From NCBI GenBank assembly GCA_964368985.1, contig CAYJDW010000002.1:28171-92170 (forward strand): DNA of 64,000 nucleotides, in the 5' to 3' direction. Positions 48,467 through 57,963 of this stretch are shown in pieces. The DNA is from an uncultured Myxococcales bacterium (GTDB lineage Bacteria; Myxococcota; UBA727; JABDBI01). Numbering within the stretch: the stretch's first letter is position 1; the number at the start of each line of letters is the position of its first letter. The notes beneath the pieces are model-generated. The model was not told the DNA's origin. It made no database searches and was given only the letters and a program-made list of their open reading frames with translations. The position numbers and the translations under genes are program-made.

Positions 48467-49720
48467 ATGAGTAATCAATCGCAAATTCGAGATCCCATTC
48501 ATGGCGTAATTTATTTGAGTCACGAAGAGCGCGCGTTAATTGAGAGCCCGGCTTTTCAGCGTTTGCGCAATATTAAGCAATTGGGTTTTGCTGATTTCGC
48601 TTTTCCTGGAGCGACGCATTCTCGCTATTCCCACAGTTTAGGCGCCATGAACTTTGCGGGCAAAATGTTCGATCGGGTATTTGCAGAGACAAAGAATAAA
48701 TCCGAGCTTCCCCGTTTTCGTCAAGCGGTGCGACTGGCGGCTTTGCTGCATGATATTGGGCATCCTCCTTTGTCCCATACAACAGAAATGCTCATGCCGC
48801 CTAAGAATCTGCTTTTTGAAGGGGCGAGCGCTGAGCGTGCGAGTCATGAAGATTTCACCATCAAGACCATTATTAACTCGCACCTGACTGAGTCGATTGA
48901 GGGAAAATTTCCCGGCGTTACGGCATCAATGGTTGCCTCTTTGCTCAGTAAAAATCAAGAATCTGTTTTTTGCATTGGGGCTTTGGATTATGCCCCGGTA
49001 CTGAGGCAAATTATCTCGTCGGAAATAGATGCGGACCGCATGGATTATTTGCTGAGAGATAGTTTTTTTTGCGGGGTGAACTACGGAAAGTTTGATAGTG
49101 ATTGGCTGATCGATAATTTAATTCCCATCGAATCTGAGGGCAAACTCTATTTAGGCATCAAAGCCCGCGCCATATTTGCCTTTGAAGATTTTCTGCTCTC
49201 TCGCTACCACATGTTTGCCAGCGTGTATTTGCACCATACGCCCGTGATTTTAGAAAAGATGCTCGCCCGGTTTTTTGCTGAATGTCCCAACCAGTTTCGA
49301 CTGCCCTCAAATATCGAAGATTATCTCGCCCTCGACGACATGGATCTATGGTGGGCTTTAAGAAAAAGCACCAATCCATGGGCACGTCGAATTGTGGAGA
49401 GAAAAGCTTATGTTTTGGTAAGCGAACATTTAAGCCGCGAGCCTGATGATAACAGCTCGCTTGAACTAGATACTTTGCTGAAAAGCCTATCGGATGCCAA
49501 TATCGATACTATTGCATCCCGCTCAAAGAGCGTGCTGTCACACTATTTTGGAGCAGTGAGTGCGCCATTATTTGTGAAGGAATCGCATAAAGAGCCAGTG
49601 CGGCTTGAAGAATTTTCAACCCTCTTTATTCGCTATCAGGTTCCGGCGCAAATTGATCGGGTTTTTGTCGAGGCGGATGACCGCGAGCGGGCGCAGGAAA
49701 TTGTGCGGAATGTTAAATAG
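48467..49720 (+). CDS. HD-domain dNTP triphosphohydrolase-like protein (SAMHD1/Dgt-like)
   Basis: DPIHGVIYLSHEERALIESPAFQRLRNIKQLG...PGATHSRYSHSLGA closely parallels the SAMHD1/EF1143 N-terminal HD block. The HD motif is LLHDIGHPPLSH. Confidence 0.75.
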   Translation: MSNQSQIRDPIHGVIYLSHEERALIESPAFQRLRNIKQLGFADFAFPGATHSRYSHSLGAMNFAGKMFDRVFAETKNKSELPRFRQAVRLAALLHDIGHPPLSHTTEMLMPPKNLLFEGASAERASHEDFTIKTIINSHLTESIEGKFPGVTASMVASLLSKNQESVFCIGALDYAPVLRQIISSEIDADRMDYLLRDSFFCGVNYGKFDSDWLIDNLIPIESEGKLYLGIKARAIFAFEDFLLSRYHMFASVYLHHTPVILEKMLARFFAECPNQFRLPSNIEDYLALDDMDLWWALRKSTNPWARRIVERKAYVLVSEHLSREPDDNSSLELDTLLKSLSDANIDTIASRSKSVLSHYFGAVSAPLFVKESHKEPVRLEEFSTLFIRYQVPAQIDRVFVEADDRERAQEIVRNVK

Positions 49721-49806
49721 TTAGGTCGTAATAATCGTAGAGACCAGATAATTATTGACCTATCTCGTCATGACGAGCGGAGCGTGGCAGTTCAAACTAC
49801 TGGAGC

Positions 49807-50211
49807 TCAATAAGGTCGAACCTTTGCGATGGAAATACACATTACTTTTTTTGTCGCCCTATCCACATGGGCATAAACAACATAATCATAAGGAGTCTTT
49901 GATAACAAAGTATCTTTTAAATCCTCAAAATTAACGTCCTGAGGTTTTTCGAGCATGCCAAAATTATTACTTAGTTCAAATCTCTCTTTATTTTCGGCAA
50001 CAAACACCCATCTTTCGGTTATTTTAGCAAGCACCTTTTCCCACGCCACTTTGCCACCGTATTCTAAGAAACCGCTCGGAGGACTTCCTATGCGATGCTT
50101 GCTGCAATCTTTTGCTTCTGGGTTGGCTAAAAGAGTAACCGAGGGCAGGGTCAAAAGTATCAACAAAGTAACCACGTAATTTTTAATAATATTTTTCATA
50201 ACAACCTTCAA
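49807..50211 (-). CDS. Hypothetical secreted protein
   Basis: Signal peptide. No motifs. Confidence 0.35.
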   Translation of the reverse strand: MKVVMKNIIKNYVVTLLILLTLPSVTLLANPEAKDCSKHRIGSPPSGFLEYGGKVAWEKVLAKITERWVFVAENKERFELSNNFGMLEKPQDVNFEDLKDTLLSKTPYDYVVYAHVDRATKKVMCISIAKVRPY

Positions 50212-50424
50212 ATCAATTAATGTATTGTTTTTGAGCTATTTCTCACCTTTAGTGTTGTTTTATTATCTAAGAGGTGCGGGCGCTACCAACCCGATCCCTT
50301 TTTAGGCGGCCAACGCATGATGCTTTGAGCTCGTGATCGGCTCAAATGATTTTACCCAGCTGACCTTGGGAATCAATCGGGATTCACCAAACGCAGTTTA
50401 CCAGCATTATAAAAAAAACCGGGA

Positions 50425-50562
50425 TTACCCAATAGTGACCACAGTCCTGTAGTTTCCAGAATCGCCACTGATAGACTTCCAAACGCCATCACCAGAATAG
50501 GTGGCTGTGAATGAAGAGAGAGAAAATAGTAATAAACCAATAAATGATCGGATGATTTTCAT
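50425..50562 (-). CDS. Candidate small secreted peptide (45 aa; MKIIRSFIGLLLFSLSSFTA signal peptide + ~25-aa Gly/Ser-rich mature part)
   Basis: It is below the ORF-track size cutoff. A strong GGAGA RBS lies 6 nt upstream of the ATG, and a T-run follows the stop on the coding strand. Confidence 0.25.
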   Translation of the reverse strand: MKIIRSFIGLLLFSLSSFTATYSGDGVWKSISGDSGNYRTVVTIG

Positions 50563-50769
50563 GAGGTCTCCTTCCCTTCGTGATGAAGGGCGCTTTAACG
50601 AGGCTATTAGTAGTCAGGATCCAGATCAACTCGAAGCAAATTAAAATTGCTGGTTTTCTCGTCGCGAGATTGGGCATTTGTTCTTAAAACGACTTGGGCT
50701 TCGGATTTTACTCGCGAAGCTGAGGCCCATCCTAAGGCGAGTTCGTTCTCACTAATGGCTGCCCGGAAA

Positions 50770-52401
50770 CTAAGGCAAAAAACTAATACGCGCCTCATGA
50801 GGCCCTGATAAGGGCGAATGAGCTTTCAGATAATTGGTGAGCGCATCAATATCGGCGATTCCTGTCTGACGATTGGTTCCTTGGCTAAAAAGCCTAAACC
50901 CGTCGCCTCCTTCGGCCAGGAAACTATTGGCAGCTACGCGGTAAACTTGGCTGAAATCGAGGGCTTTGCCCTCAATCATTATGCTTTTAGGTTCAACTTT
51001 ATGGCAAATGGGCCCACTTTTCTTTACTTGATAGCGAAGGCTTGCGGATATCTGCAGGATGCGTGGTTGCTCGCGGCCACAGCCTATAAATTGTTGTTCT
51101 AAGAGCTCAAGTATTTCTCCACCCTTAAGATCCATGGTTATCACATTGTTGCTAAAGGGTTGCACGGCGTATGCCTCGCTAAAAGTGACTTTGCCGTCGC
51201 CTTCGTTGGCGGGGCTGCTTGAGAAATTTAGATCCGTGCGAATGCCGCCGGGATTAACAAAAGCCACGTCAGCTTTTTGGTGATCCGGTAGAAAGGAGCT
51301 CGCCTCGAGTTGAGCGTCGGCGATCACACGTCCGAGCATTGATTCGCTGCCCTCATCGCTTCCTTTAGTGAGACTTTCATTTATGACGCCAACGACTTTG
51401 TCGGCGATGGGGGCGGATTGATCTTTATATTTTTTGATCAGGGCGCTTTGCTCCGGATCTTTTTTTACATCGCGAGTAACAATGAGATTATCTGCGCTTG
51501 CGGCGAGCATTTTTCCGGTAGTTGGATCAATGCTGAGGTCGATATTAGTGACGAGGCGGCCATTGTTGGCAGTGCTCGTTACGAGTTTATTATTAATCCT
51601 GCAGTTATAAGCTTGATGAGTATGGCCGCTTAAAATTATGCCCACCCGGTGGTCTAAGCGCTGGGCAATTTCTACGATCGGTCCCGATATCCCGGGGCAC
51701 TCATTAAAACCTCCAGTGGGAAAACCACCTTCGTGGATCATCACGACAAAGGTGTGAGCTCCTGCCGCTTCAAGCTCGGGGATCAACGCGTTCACACTTT
51801 CAGCTTCATCTAAGAAAGAGAGCCCTTTGATAGCCTCGGAGGCGGTCACTTTATCCATTTCTTGGAGCACCACGCCGATAAAGGCCACTTTAACTTTTCC
51901 AAATTCACGGATTTCAGAGCCCGGAAAAAGAGTTTTTCCGCGCGCATTGACCATCACATTTGCGGCAAGGAATTTAAATTGTGCGCCCTGAAAGTTGGTT
52001 TCACGATCCCCATATTGAAGTCTTTCTAATGCGTCAGCACCTTTGTCAAATTCATGATTGCCCACCGCATTAAGATCGAGCCCGAGTAAATTCATGGCCT
52101 CCACGGTAGGTTCTTCCCGAAAGAGCGCGGACAGCAATGGACTGGCGCCAAATAAATCACCCGCTGAAAGGGTCACTGAATAGTGATGCCCTTGCCGTAA
52201 TGCCTTGATATGAGTCGCTAAATACTCAATGCCACCTGCATCAATACCATTGATTTTGCCTCCACTTCCCGTGGGTGGCTCAAGATTGCCGTGAAAATCA
52301 TTGATGCCAAGGAGCTGCACGTGAATAGCGTTGGCGTCCTCGGCGTTGAGTGCGCCAAAAGTGAAAAAAGTGAACCATAGCGTTAAAATTATTTTTTTCA
52401 T
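50770..52401 (-). CDS. Bifunctional metallophosphatase/5'-nucleotidase (UshA-like), secreted
   Basis: Signal peptide and calcineurin-like motifs (GNHEFD). The C-terminal 5'-nucleotidase substrate-binding domain is present. Confidence 0.8.
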   Translation of the reverse strand: MKKIILTLWFTFFTFGALNAEDANAIHVQLLGINDFHGNLEPPTGSGGKINGIDAGGIEYLATHIKALRQGHHYSVTLSAGDLFGASPLLSALFREEPTVEAMNLLGLDLNAVGNHEFDKGADALERLQYGDRETNFQGAQFKFLAANVMVNARGKTLFPGSEIREFGKVKVAFIGVVLQEMDKVTASEAIKGLSFLDEAESVNALIPELEAAGAHTFVVMIHEGGFPTGGFNECPGISGPIVEIAQRLDHRVGIILSGHTHQAYNCRINNKLVTSTANNGRLVTNIDLSIDPTTGKMLAASADNLIVTRDVKKDPEQSALIKKYKDQSAPIADKVVGVINESLTKGSDEGSESMLGRVIADAQLEASSFLPDHQKADVAFVNPGGIRTDLNFSSSPANEGDGKVTFSEAYAVQPFSNNVITMDLKGGEILELLEQQFIGCGREQPRILQISASLRYQVKKSGPICHKVEPKSIMIEGKALDFSQVYRVAANSFLAEGGDGFRLFSQGTNRQTGIADIDALTNYLKAHSPLSGPHEARISFLP

Positions 52402-52483
52402 ATTTTCCCCCTGAACCTAATAGTTTCAGGGGGCACGAGTTGGCTTGGTGTTGCGCAGCCCGCAATTTCGGAGGCTTGATCCT

Positions 52484-53032
52484 TTAAAAAACCCGCGCCA
52501 TCAAAACGCAAATCCCCATCATGACATAAAGCCCAATCCCACGAATAAATAGCCACCACCAGTTGCTCATCCGAAAGGCCGCATAGGCGACTAAGGCTGC
52601 ATGAAGGAGCAAACCCATACCTAAGTTGAGGGATGTTTGAGAAAGCATCTTTTGCACCAGTGGGTTGTTGGCATTGATCTGCATCTCGGCAGGAACCAGC
52701 GAGCCGTATTTCTCAATGACTAACAGAAGAATGGGTTTGCCTAAAATTTGTAAGACCAGCACGACGCATCCAAAACTGATTCCCAAAAAAACTGGCTGCA
52801 GCTTCATATAAATCGCGTTATTCGATTTGAAAGACAAAAGTCCAAATACTAAGACCAGCACGAGAGAAGCAATACTTAGCCAATCAAGCTCGCCAAATTC
52901 GTAAATAGTATAAGCAGCTTCAGCTACCGCAAATAAAATTGCAGCTATTAGGCCTGATTTAAGCCCCAAAAACGCATCAATTATTACAAAGGCAATCAGC
53001 GGCAATAAACCCAATATTAAATTCATAGTCAT
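52484..53032 (-). CDS. Inner-membrane protein, YciB (intracellular septation protein A)-like
   Basis: Five TM helices. The N-terminus (LILGLLPLIAFVIIDAF) resembles the LDFLPLVVFF of YciB. Start chosen at MTMNL. Confidence 0.45.
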   Translation of the reverse strand: MTMNLILGLLPLIAFVIIDAFLGLKSGLIAAILFAVAEAAYTIYEFGELDWLSIASLVLVLVFGLLSFKSNNAIYMKLQPVFLGISFGCVVLVLQILGKPILLLVIEKYGSLVPAEMQINANNPLVQKMLSQTSLNLGMGLLLHAALVAYAAFRMSNWWWLFIRGIGLYVMMGICVLMARVF

Positions 53033-53302
53033 ATACAGATGCCTTCTTTTTGAGAAACTTCGTGTTTTGCTGCAAATAGATTGTTTAATGATATAAAAAA
53101 AGCCTGTCAATAAGTGATAACATCTGCCTAGGAGTGGCGATTTAAAGTTTTGAGAGGAGTTGATTGACTGAAGAAGGCCCGAAAGATAAAGCTTTAGGCG
53201 AGTTAATTGAAAACCACAAAATGATAGTTAGCTTAAATTATATATTATTTGTCTGCATATGAGGGTTTTTTACCATTTAAATAAGGCGAAACCGGTTTTA
53301 TT

Positions 53303-54346
53303 ATGAGCAAAAAAAAGAGCAAAGAAATTATTGATGTGACTCACGAAAGCCAACTGCCCATGCCGCGTAATGCCATTAGTTTGGCGGATCAAAAAGGCGA
53401 ATGGCTTGAAGAAGAGCCGGATTTGACCGAACTTGCTCTGCCTCCCGATGATCAAGATGTGCCCGAGCAAGATAGCCCCAAGGGTGATCAGGTTTATAAA
53501 TCTTTCGCTCGGCAAATAGCGAAAATCAAGCGCTTAAGTGATGAAGAAGAATATGCCCTTGGCCTCAGAGTAAAAAATAATAACGATAACGCTGCTAAGA
53601 AAAAGCTCGTTATGCATAACATGCGACTCGCTCTAAAAATGGCCCATCAATATCGGCGTGATTGGACGAGCCTGATGGATTTAGTACAGGAAGCGTCGGC
53701 CGGCATGGCCATTGCTGCGCAAAAATGGGATCCGGACGTTGGCACCCGTTTTGGCACCTATGCGGCCTATTGGATTCGGGCGCAGCTTACAAAATTTTTA
53801 ATGACCAATGCCCGACTTATCCATACCGGCAATACGCGCGCAGGCCGCAAAGTCTATTTTAGCTTGCCCCAAGTGCGGCGAAAACTCCTCCTCGAAGGAA
53901 AAAGTGCCAATGCTGAAGATATTGCTCGGGAAGTAGGGGAAGATCCTGAAGAAGTGCAACTGATTTTATCCCGTTTGCAAGGGAAAGAGACGAGCCTCTC
54001 CACGCCACTGGACGATGATGCCTCTTCCACTCTCGAAGATACTTTGACCCATCCGAGTGACGACCCGGAAAAAATCGTCAGCAATAATGAAATTGAGAAG
54101 CTCATTAAAGACGTGATTGCAAGCTTTGAAAAAACCATCAGCGAGGACCGAGATATCGCTATTTGGCGAGAAAATTTAATCGCCAACGATCCCGTAAACA
54201 TGGTGGAGCTTGGCAAACGTTACGGGGTTTCTAAGCAAAGAATGGGGCAATTGGCGACGAGACTCAAGCGAAGTTTTCGGCGCCATATTATAGAGCAGCT
54301 TGGGCCTAATACGCAGTTGTCATGGTTGTTTCGGGATGATGATTAG
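53303..54346 (+). CDS. RNA polymerase sigma factor, sigma-70 family with RpoH-box-like motif (RpoH-like)
   Basis: Region 2 is TYAAYWIRAQL. The RpoH-box-like segment is TRAGRKVYFSLPQVRRKL. Region 4 HTH is LGKRYGVSKQRMGQL. The acidic N-terminal extension is about 80 aa. Confidence 0.7.
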   Translation: MSKKKSKEIIDVTHESQLPMPRNAISLADQKGEWLEEEPDLTELALPPDDQDVPEQDSPKGDQVYKSFARQIAKIKRLSDEEEYALGLRVKNNNDNAAKKKLVMHNMRLALKMAHQYRRDWTSLMDLVQEASAGMAIAAQKWDPDVGTRFGTYAAYWIRAQLTKFLMTNARLIHTGNTRAGRKVYFSLPQVRRKLLLEGKSANAEDIAREVGEDPEEVQLILSRLQGKETSLSTPLDDDASSTLEDTLTHPSDDPEKIVSNNEIEKLIKDVIASFEKTISEDRDIAIWRENLIANDPVNMVELGKRYGVSKQRMGQLATRLKRSFRRHIIEQLGPNTQLSWLFRDDD

Positions 54347-54396
54347 GGGATTTATTTGCTTCCTAGTTGCATAAGTAGACTTGGATTTAGCGCGAC

Positions 54397-54429
54397 AATT
54401 CCTCTCCCGCAAGCGGGTGAGGGAGCGTA
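54397..54429. repeat. Single-arm REP hairpin copy (cctctcccgc-aagc-gggtgagggagcg)
   Basis: It matches the right arm of the MITE-like elements. It lies between convergent genes. Confidence 0.6.
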
Positions 54430-54455
54430 TTGCTTTCACGAGCCTCGTCTCACCC

Positions 54456-55280
54456 CTACCTAATAATCCGAGGCTGCAAAGCCACCTGGTTCGCTTCGGT
54501 GACCACCTCAAATAACACGCCCTGACAATGGTGGGAGTTGAGCAGATCCGTACGAGTTTTCTCGATGGTTTTTAGAAAAAGAGGGTATTCAATTTGCTCA
54601 AGATTAATTTCTCGTTGAGCATCGATAAAGCGTTGAAATAATTCGCCTAAGTCCTGATCTTGTTTGTCCAAGGCTGGTTCAATAACTTGAGTGATCATTT
54701 CCCGCGGAGGCGGATTCGAGTCCATCATGGGATTATTAAGCATGGCCTCATTTTTCGCCAAAGGTCGGACCACGGTTTTTTCCATGTGAAGATCTGGTTT
54801 AGCCTCGAAAACATTATTTTTGGGCGCTTTTTCAGGCAAATTGCAGACGGGACCAAGCTCAGGGTGGAAAGAATGCTCGAAAAGAGTGGCTTCTTTTTGC
54901 TTGATGCCAGGCAGAAGTTCTTCTCGTAAGCTACGCTTAATCTCTTCCTGCTTGCGAAATTTTTGCTCAAGATTAATCGCTAGCTCATTAAGATGCACCG
55001 AGATTCCCTTCAGAGGATCTTTTTCATCGATGGTCATGCGCGTCTTATATTTGCCGCTTTGGAGCGCCTTGATCGCATGAAGAATGCCATCGATGGGCAA
55101 AGGGGCCTCACGATAAAAAGCCATGATCACGGCCACCAGGCCAATGATCAGACCCACGTCGATAAAGAGGCGTGCGTATGCTATTTGCGGCGATACATCG
55201 AGGGTGATGAAAAATCCTACCATCGCTGCAAATAATACGATGGCCCCTACAGCAATAATGATATTTCTGCGACCTGTCAC
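54456..55280 (-). CDS. Membrane protein with HAMP-like linker and coiled-coil
   Basis: Two N-terminal TM helices and an amphipathic HAMP-like segment (LHAIKALQSGKYKTRMT..PLKGISVHLNELAINLEQ). Confidence 0.45.
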   Translation of the reverse strand: MTGRRNIIIAVGAIVLFAAMVGFFITLDVSPQIAYARLFIDVGLIIGLVAVIMAFYREAPLPIDGILHAIKALQSGKYKTRMTIDEKDPLKGISVHLNELAINLEQKFRKQEEIKRSLREELLPGIKQKEATLFEHSFHPELGPVCNLPEKAPKNNVFEAKPDLHMEKTVVRPLAKNEAMLNNPMMDSNPPPREMITQVIEPALDKQDQDLGELFQRFIDAQREINLEQIEYPLFLKTIEKTRTDLLNSHHCQGVLFEVVTEANQVALQPRIIR

Positions 55281-55903
55281 GGTGAACCTTTTCTTGTGAG
55301 CAAAGCTGAAGGATAAGTTTCGCGCATTAAGTCCTGCGCTTGCTTTGTCCCTTCAGCACCATTTTTAAATCTTATTCCTAAATTATCTTCAATAACCAAT
55401 TTAGCAGCTTGCTGCACCACGGGGTCCTTATCAAGAAGGGCCCGATGAATCAATGAGCTGGTTGATTGGTCGTCGAATTTAGAACCGGCGAGAGCCATAA
55501 CCGCTAAAGCGCGTATGCGCGCGTCCTTGTCCAAACTAAAGGTTGCAATAAAATCTATGTCCAAAGGTTTTCTTGAAAGTCGTACACGATATTCCATCAG
55601 CGAGGAGGGAAATAAAGCCACGATAACCATGACACCAAGAAAAACCGGCAAGAGATCAACGAGGGTGATGGTTGCTGCTGACTTGCCTCCCAACTGCACG
55701 ACGAGAGACATAATAAACAGCGTTAAAAAAATTATAGGACCGAATAAAAGCCAGTGGGCCGAAAGATCCGCCTCACGAACGCTGGCAACTAAATATGGCC
55801 GGGTTAAAAGAATGATGACGGCACATAAAATCATGGAAAAATAAATCACTAGTTTTAATAAAACTAGACTTATTTTTTCAGGATGAGTGCTGGTGTCCAT
55901 CAT
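55277..55903 (-). CDS. Membrane protein with C-terminal HEAT-like repeats
   Basis: The start is set at MMDTS. The longer ORF upstream of that runs through the MITE and is not believed. Three TM helices are followed by DARIRALAVMALAG...DKDPVVQQAA HEAT-like repeats. Confidence 0.4.
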   Translation of the reverse strand: MMDTSTHPEKISLVLLKLVIYFSMILCAVIILLTRPYLVASVREADLSAHWLLFGPIIFLTLFIMSLVVQLGGKSAATITLVDLLPVFLGVMVIVALFPSSLMEYRVRLSRKPLDIDFIATFSLDKDARIRALAVMALAGSKFDDQSTSSLIHRALLDKDPVVQQAAKLVIEDNLGIRFKNGAEGTKQAQDLMRETYPSALLTRKGSP

Positions 55904-56002
55904 AGGCTCGGATTGAGGTGGAGACTTTAAGACAATAGCAATCAAATGGGAACATTTCAAAAAATATCTATCTTGGCGGAAAGACCTTCCCCTGCCCGAT
56001 TC

Positions 56003-56198
56003 AGCAGAACTACTCCTCGCCCGCTTGCGGGAGAGGCTGGGGAGAGGGTGGAGCGACAAAAACATTAGACTAAAATTGCTGGGGGATATGGTGAGAAAAT
56101 TAGAGAACGGCTTTCTTAAAAGTAATTTTTCTACAACCTTTGCGTTGCTCCACCCTCTCCCTAGCCTCTCCCGCAAGCGGGCGAGGAGTTGTTGTGGT
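56003..56198. mobile_element. MITE-like element: ~43-bp near-perfect terminal inverted repeats flanking a ~100-bp AT-rich core
   Basis: The left arm is ctcctcgcccgcttgcgggagaggctggggagagggtggagcg. The right arm is its reverse complement. It is the same family as 33191-33326 and generates the spurious ORF 56025-56282. Confidence 0.7.
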
Positions 56199-56223
56199 GT
56201 TTCTGAGGAGGCTTTCTTGATAG

Positions 56224-57963
56224 CTAAGGTAATTCAAATCCCAGTCCAAAAGTCCAGAGCAGAGGCATTCCCGTCCCCATGATATCTTTCGGGGAGAATT
56301 GAAAACCATCTTTACCGAAAGTGTCGATTTTGGTGTAGGACAACTCGCCTTTAAGATAGACGTTGTTGAAAAACCCTGAACCTTTTGCGGTTCGCATGGC
56401 CCCCGGCTCGAGGAAATTAAGCATGAGCATTAACCCGGCTGCGCCCTGATAGCCAAATCTAAAACCATTGGCGTCGTGTTTAAGAACATCATCGGTTTCG
56501 ATTTCATTACGAAATGAATAGCCGTGCATGATGGCTGCGGCCCGCACATAGGGTACCAAGGGGACATAATCCTGAAAATAATCGAACAAATAGGTCAGCT
56601 GAGGCCGCAGCTGGTACATGTGAAGAGAGGTTTTTACCGTGGTCGCTTTGTCCACGTCAGGTTTCTCGGCGCTATCCATGCCCATGGCGAAGCCGTTGAC
56701 AAAGGTGTAGCCTAAACCTAAGCCCAGCTGCAAACTCCCGAAGCCATCAAAGAGATGCATATCCACTTCAAGTCCCATCAGGGGAGTGATGGGGCCATCC
56801 TCGTCGCTGGTTTTTTTGCGAAAAAACCCTTTGTAAAATGGAAAAACAGTAGAGCCATCGCTCAGTTTTTCGTTGTCCAAATCTGGCCTATACATCGATC
56901 CTAAAAATCCAATATTAACTTGGCCGAAATGGGCATGAGATTCTTCAGCGGGGATCAGAAAAACCAGGGCGAGTACTACGGGACTGAGTGAAAATTTCCC
57001 GAAGCGTCTGAGGCGTAGGCATAAGGCCAGGGCTAAAACCATCACCAAAAATCCGATTGAGTTCGAGCTGGAGCTTTGGCAACTAAAAGTAAGTTCCCCG
57101 CCATTGCCATTATAGCTAGCCAAAGGAAAAACTACTGGTATGGGTGTAAGTTTGAAGCTGTCATAATATTCACCAGGTGTATTGTTTTGATCCAATGGCC
57201 TCACATAAAAAATGTATTCTACATCATTTTTTAATCCACTAATTTTGATTTTCGGCGGAGCTTGGGTCCACGGGGTAAAAGAGTTTGATTTGCAATCTTT
57301 TTCTTTATCAAAAGGGGGCATATCTTTGACATATTTTGCGTAACAGGTCTCAATAGTAGATATTTTCCCGGTGTATTTTACCGTAAAAAGCGCAATACCA
57401 TTGGCAGCGCTTTGATCGACAATGTTATCTATTTTTGCAACCGCCGTATCAAAGTGAAACGAGACGCTGGCAACGAGCTTGCCTTCCTGGCCAACCTCAC
57501 CAGTATAAATACACAGCGTATTCAAACCAGCTGAACCTTTTTTGCATTGCCCAGGGGTTAAAAGATTTTTTTGTTTTATGTCTGTAGGGGACCATGCTTT
57601 AACAGATTGGTTCGCAGCAACCGAAGCTTTACATTCCGGAGCTTTGGTAGCGCTTTTGCTCCCACTCTCCAACATAACCTGAAAATCATCGTATTCATTG
57701 GTCAGGCTCTCGGGCAGAGTGAGGAGGACTTTCTGCTCAGATGTACAAGAACCTTGACCAAGAGTAGGGCTTTGGTCATTGTTGATTTCTAAAACGGCCT
57801 TGGTAAGGGTGCTGGTGCTAGGGTCAGGAGTAGCTGCTGCACTGGGATTTCCCAACAACCATAAAAGCCCAAAACTAAGCCACCAAATCTGCGATGGTTG
57901 GCAATGCGATGACGACATGAATATTCTACTCCAGCTAAAGTTTCTCAGCGATGCGTACCGCAT
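56224..57963 (-). CDS. Hypothetical secreted protein; Cys-containing N-terminal half and beta-strand-rich C-terminal half (possible outer-membrane barrel)
   Basis: Signal peptide (WWLSFGLLWLLGNPSAAA). Alternating Gly/aromatic patterns appear in the last ~250 aa. Confidence 0.4.
   Translation of the reverse strand: MRYASLRNFSWSRIFMSSSHCQPSQIWWLSFGLLWLLGNPSAAATPDPSTSTLTKAVLEINNDQSPTLGQGSCTSEQKVLLTLPESLTNEYDDFQVMLESGSKSATKAPECKASVAANQSVKAWSPTDIKQKNLLTPGQCKKGSAGLNTLCIYTGEVGQEGKLVASVSFHFDTAVAKIDNIVDQSAANGIALFTVKYTGKISTIETCYAKYVKDMPPFDKEKDCKSNSFTPWTQAPPKIKISGLKNDVEYIFYVRPLDQNNTPGEYYDSFKLTPIPVVFPLASYNGNGGELTFSCQSSSSNSIGFLVMVLALALCLRLRRFGKFSLSPVVLALVFLIPAEESHAHFGQVNIGFLGSMYRPDLDNEKLSDGSTVFPFYKGFFRKKTSDEDGPITPLMGLEVDMHLFDGFGSLQLGLGLGYTFVNGFAMGMDSAEKPDVDKATTVKTSLHMYQLRPQLTYLFDYFQDYVPLVPYVRAAAIMHGYSFRNEIETDDVLKHDANGFRFGYQGAAGLMLMLNFLEPGAMRTAKGSGFFNNVYLKGELSYTKIDTFGKDGFQFSPKDIMGTGMPLLWTFGLGFELP

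Noticed and set aside
55277-56176. 299-aa version of the minus-strand ORF starting at 56176
   Set aside because: The first ~90 codons run through the MITE element. The biologically plausible start is the MMDTS at 55903, ahead of the first TM helix.
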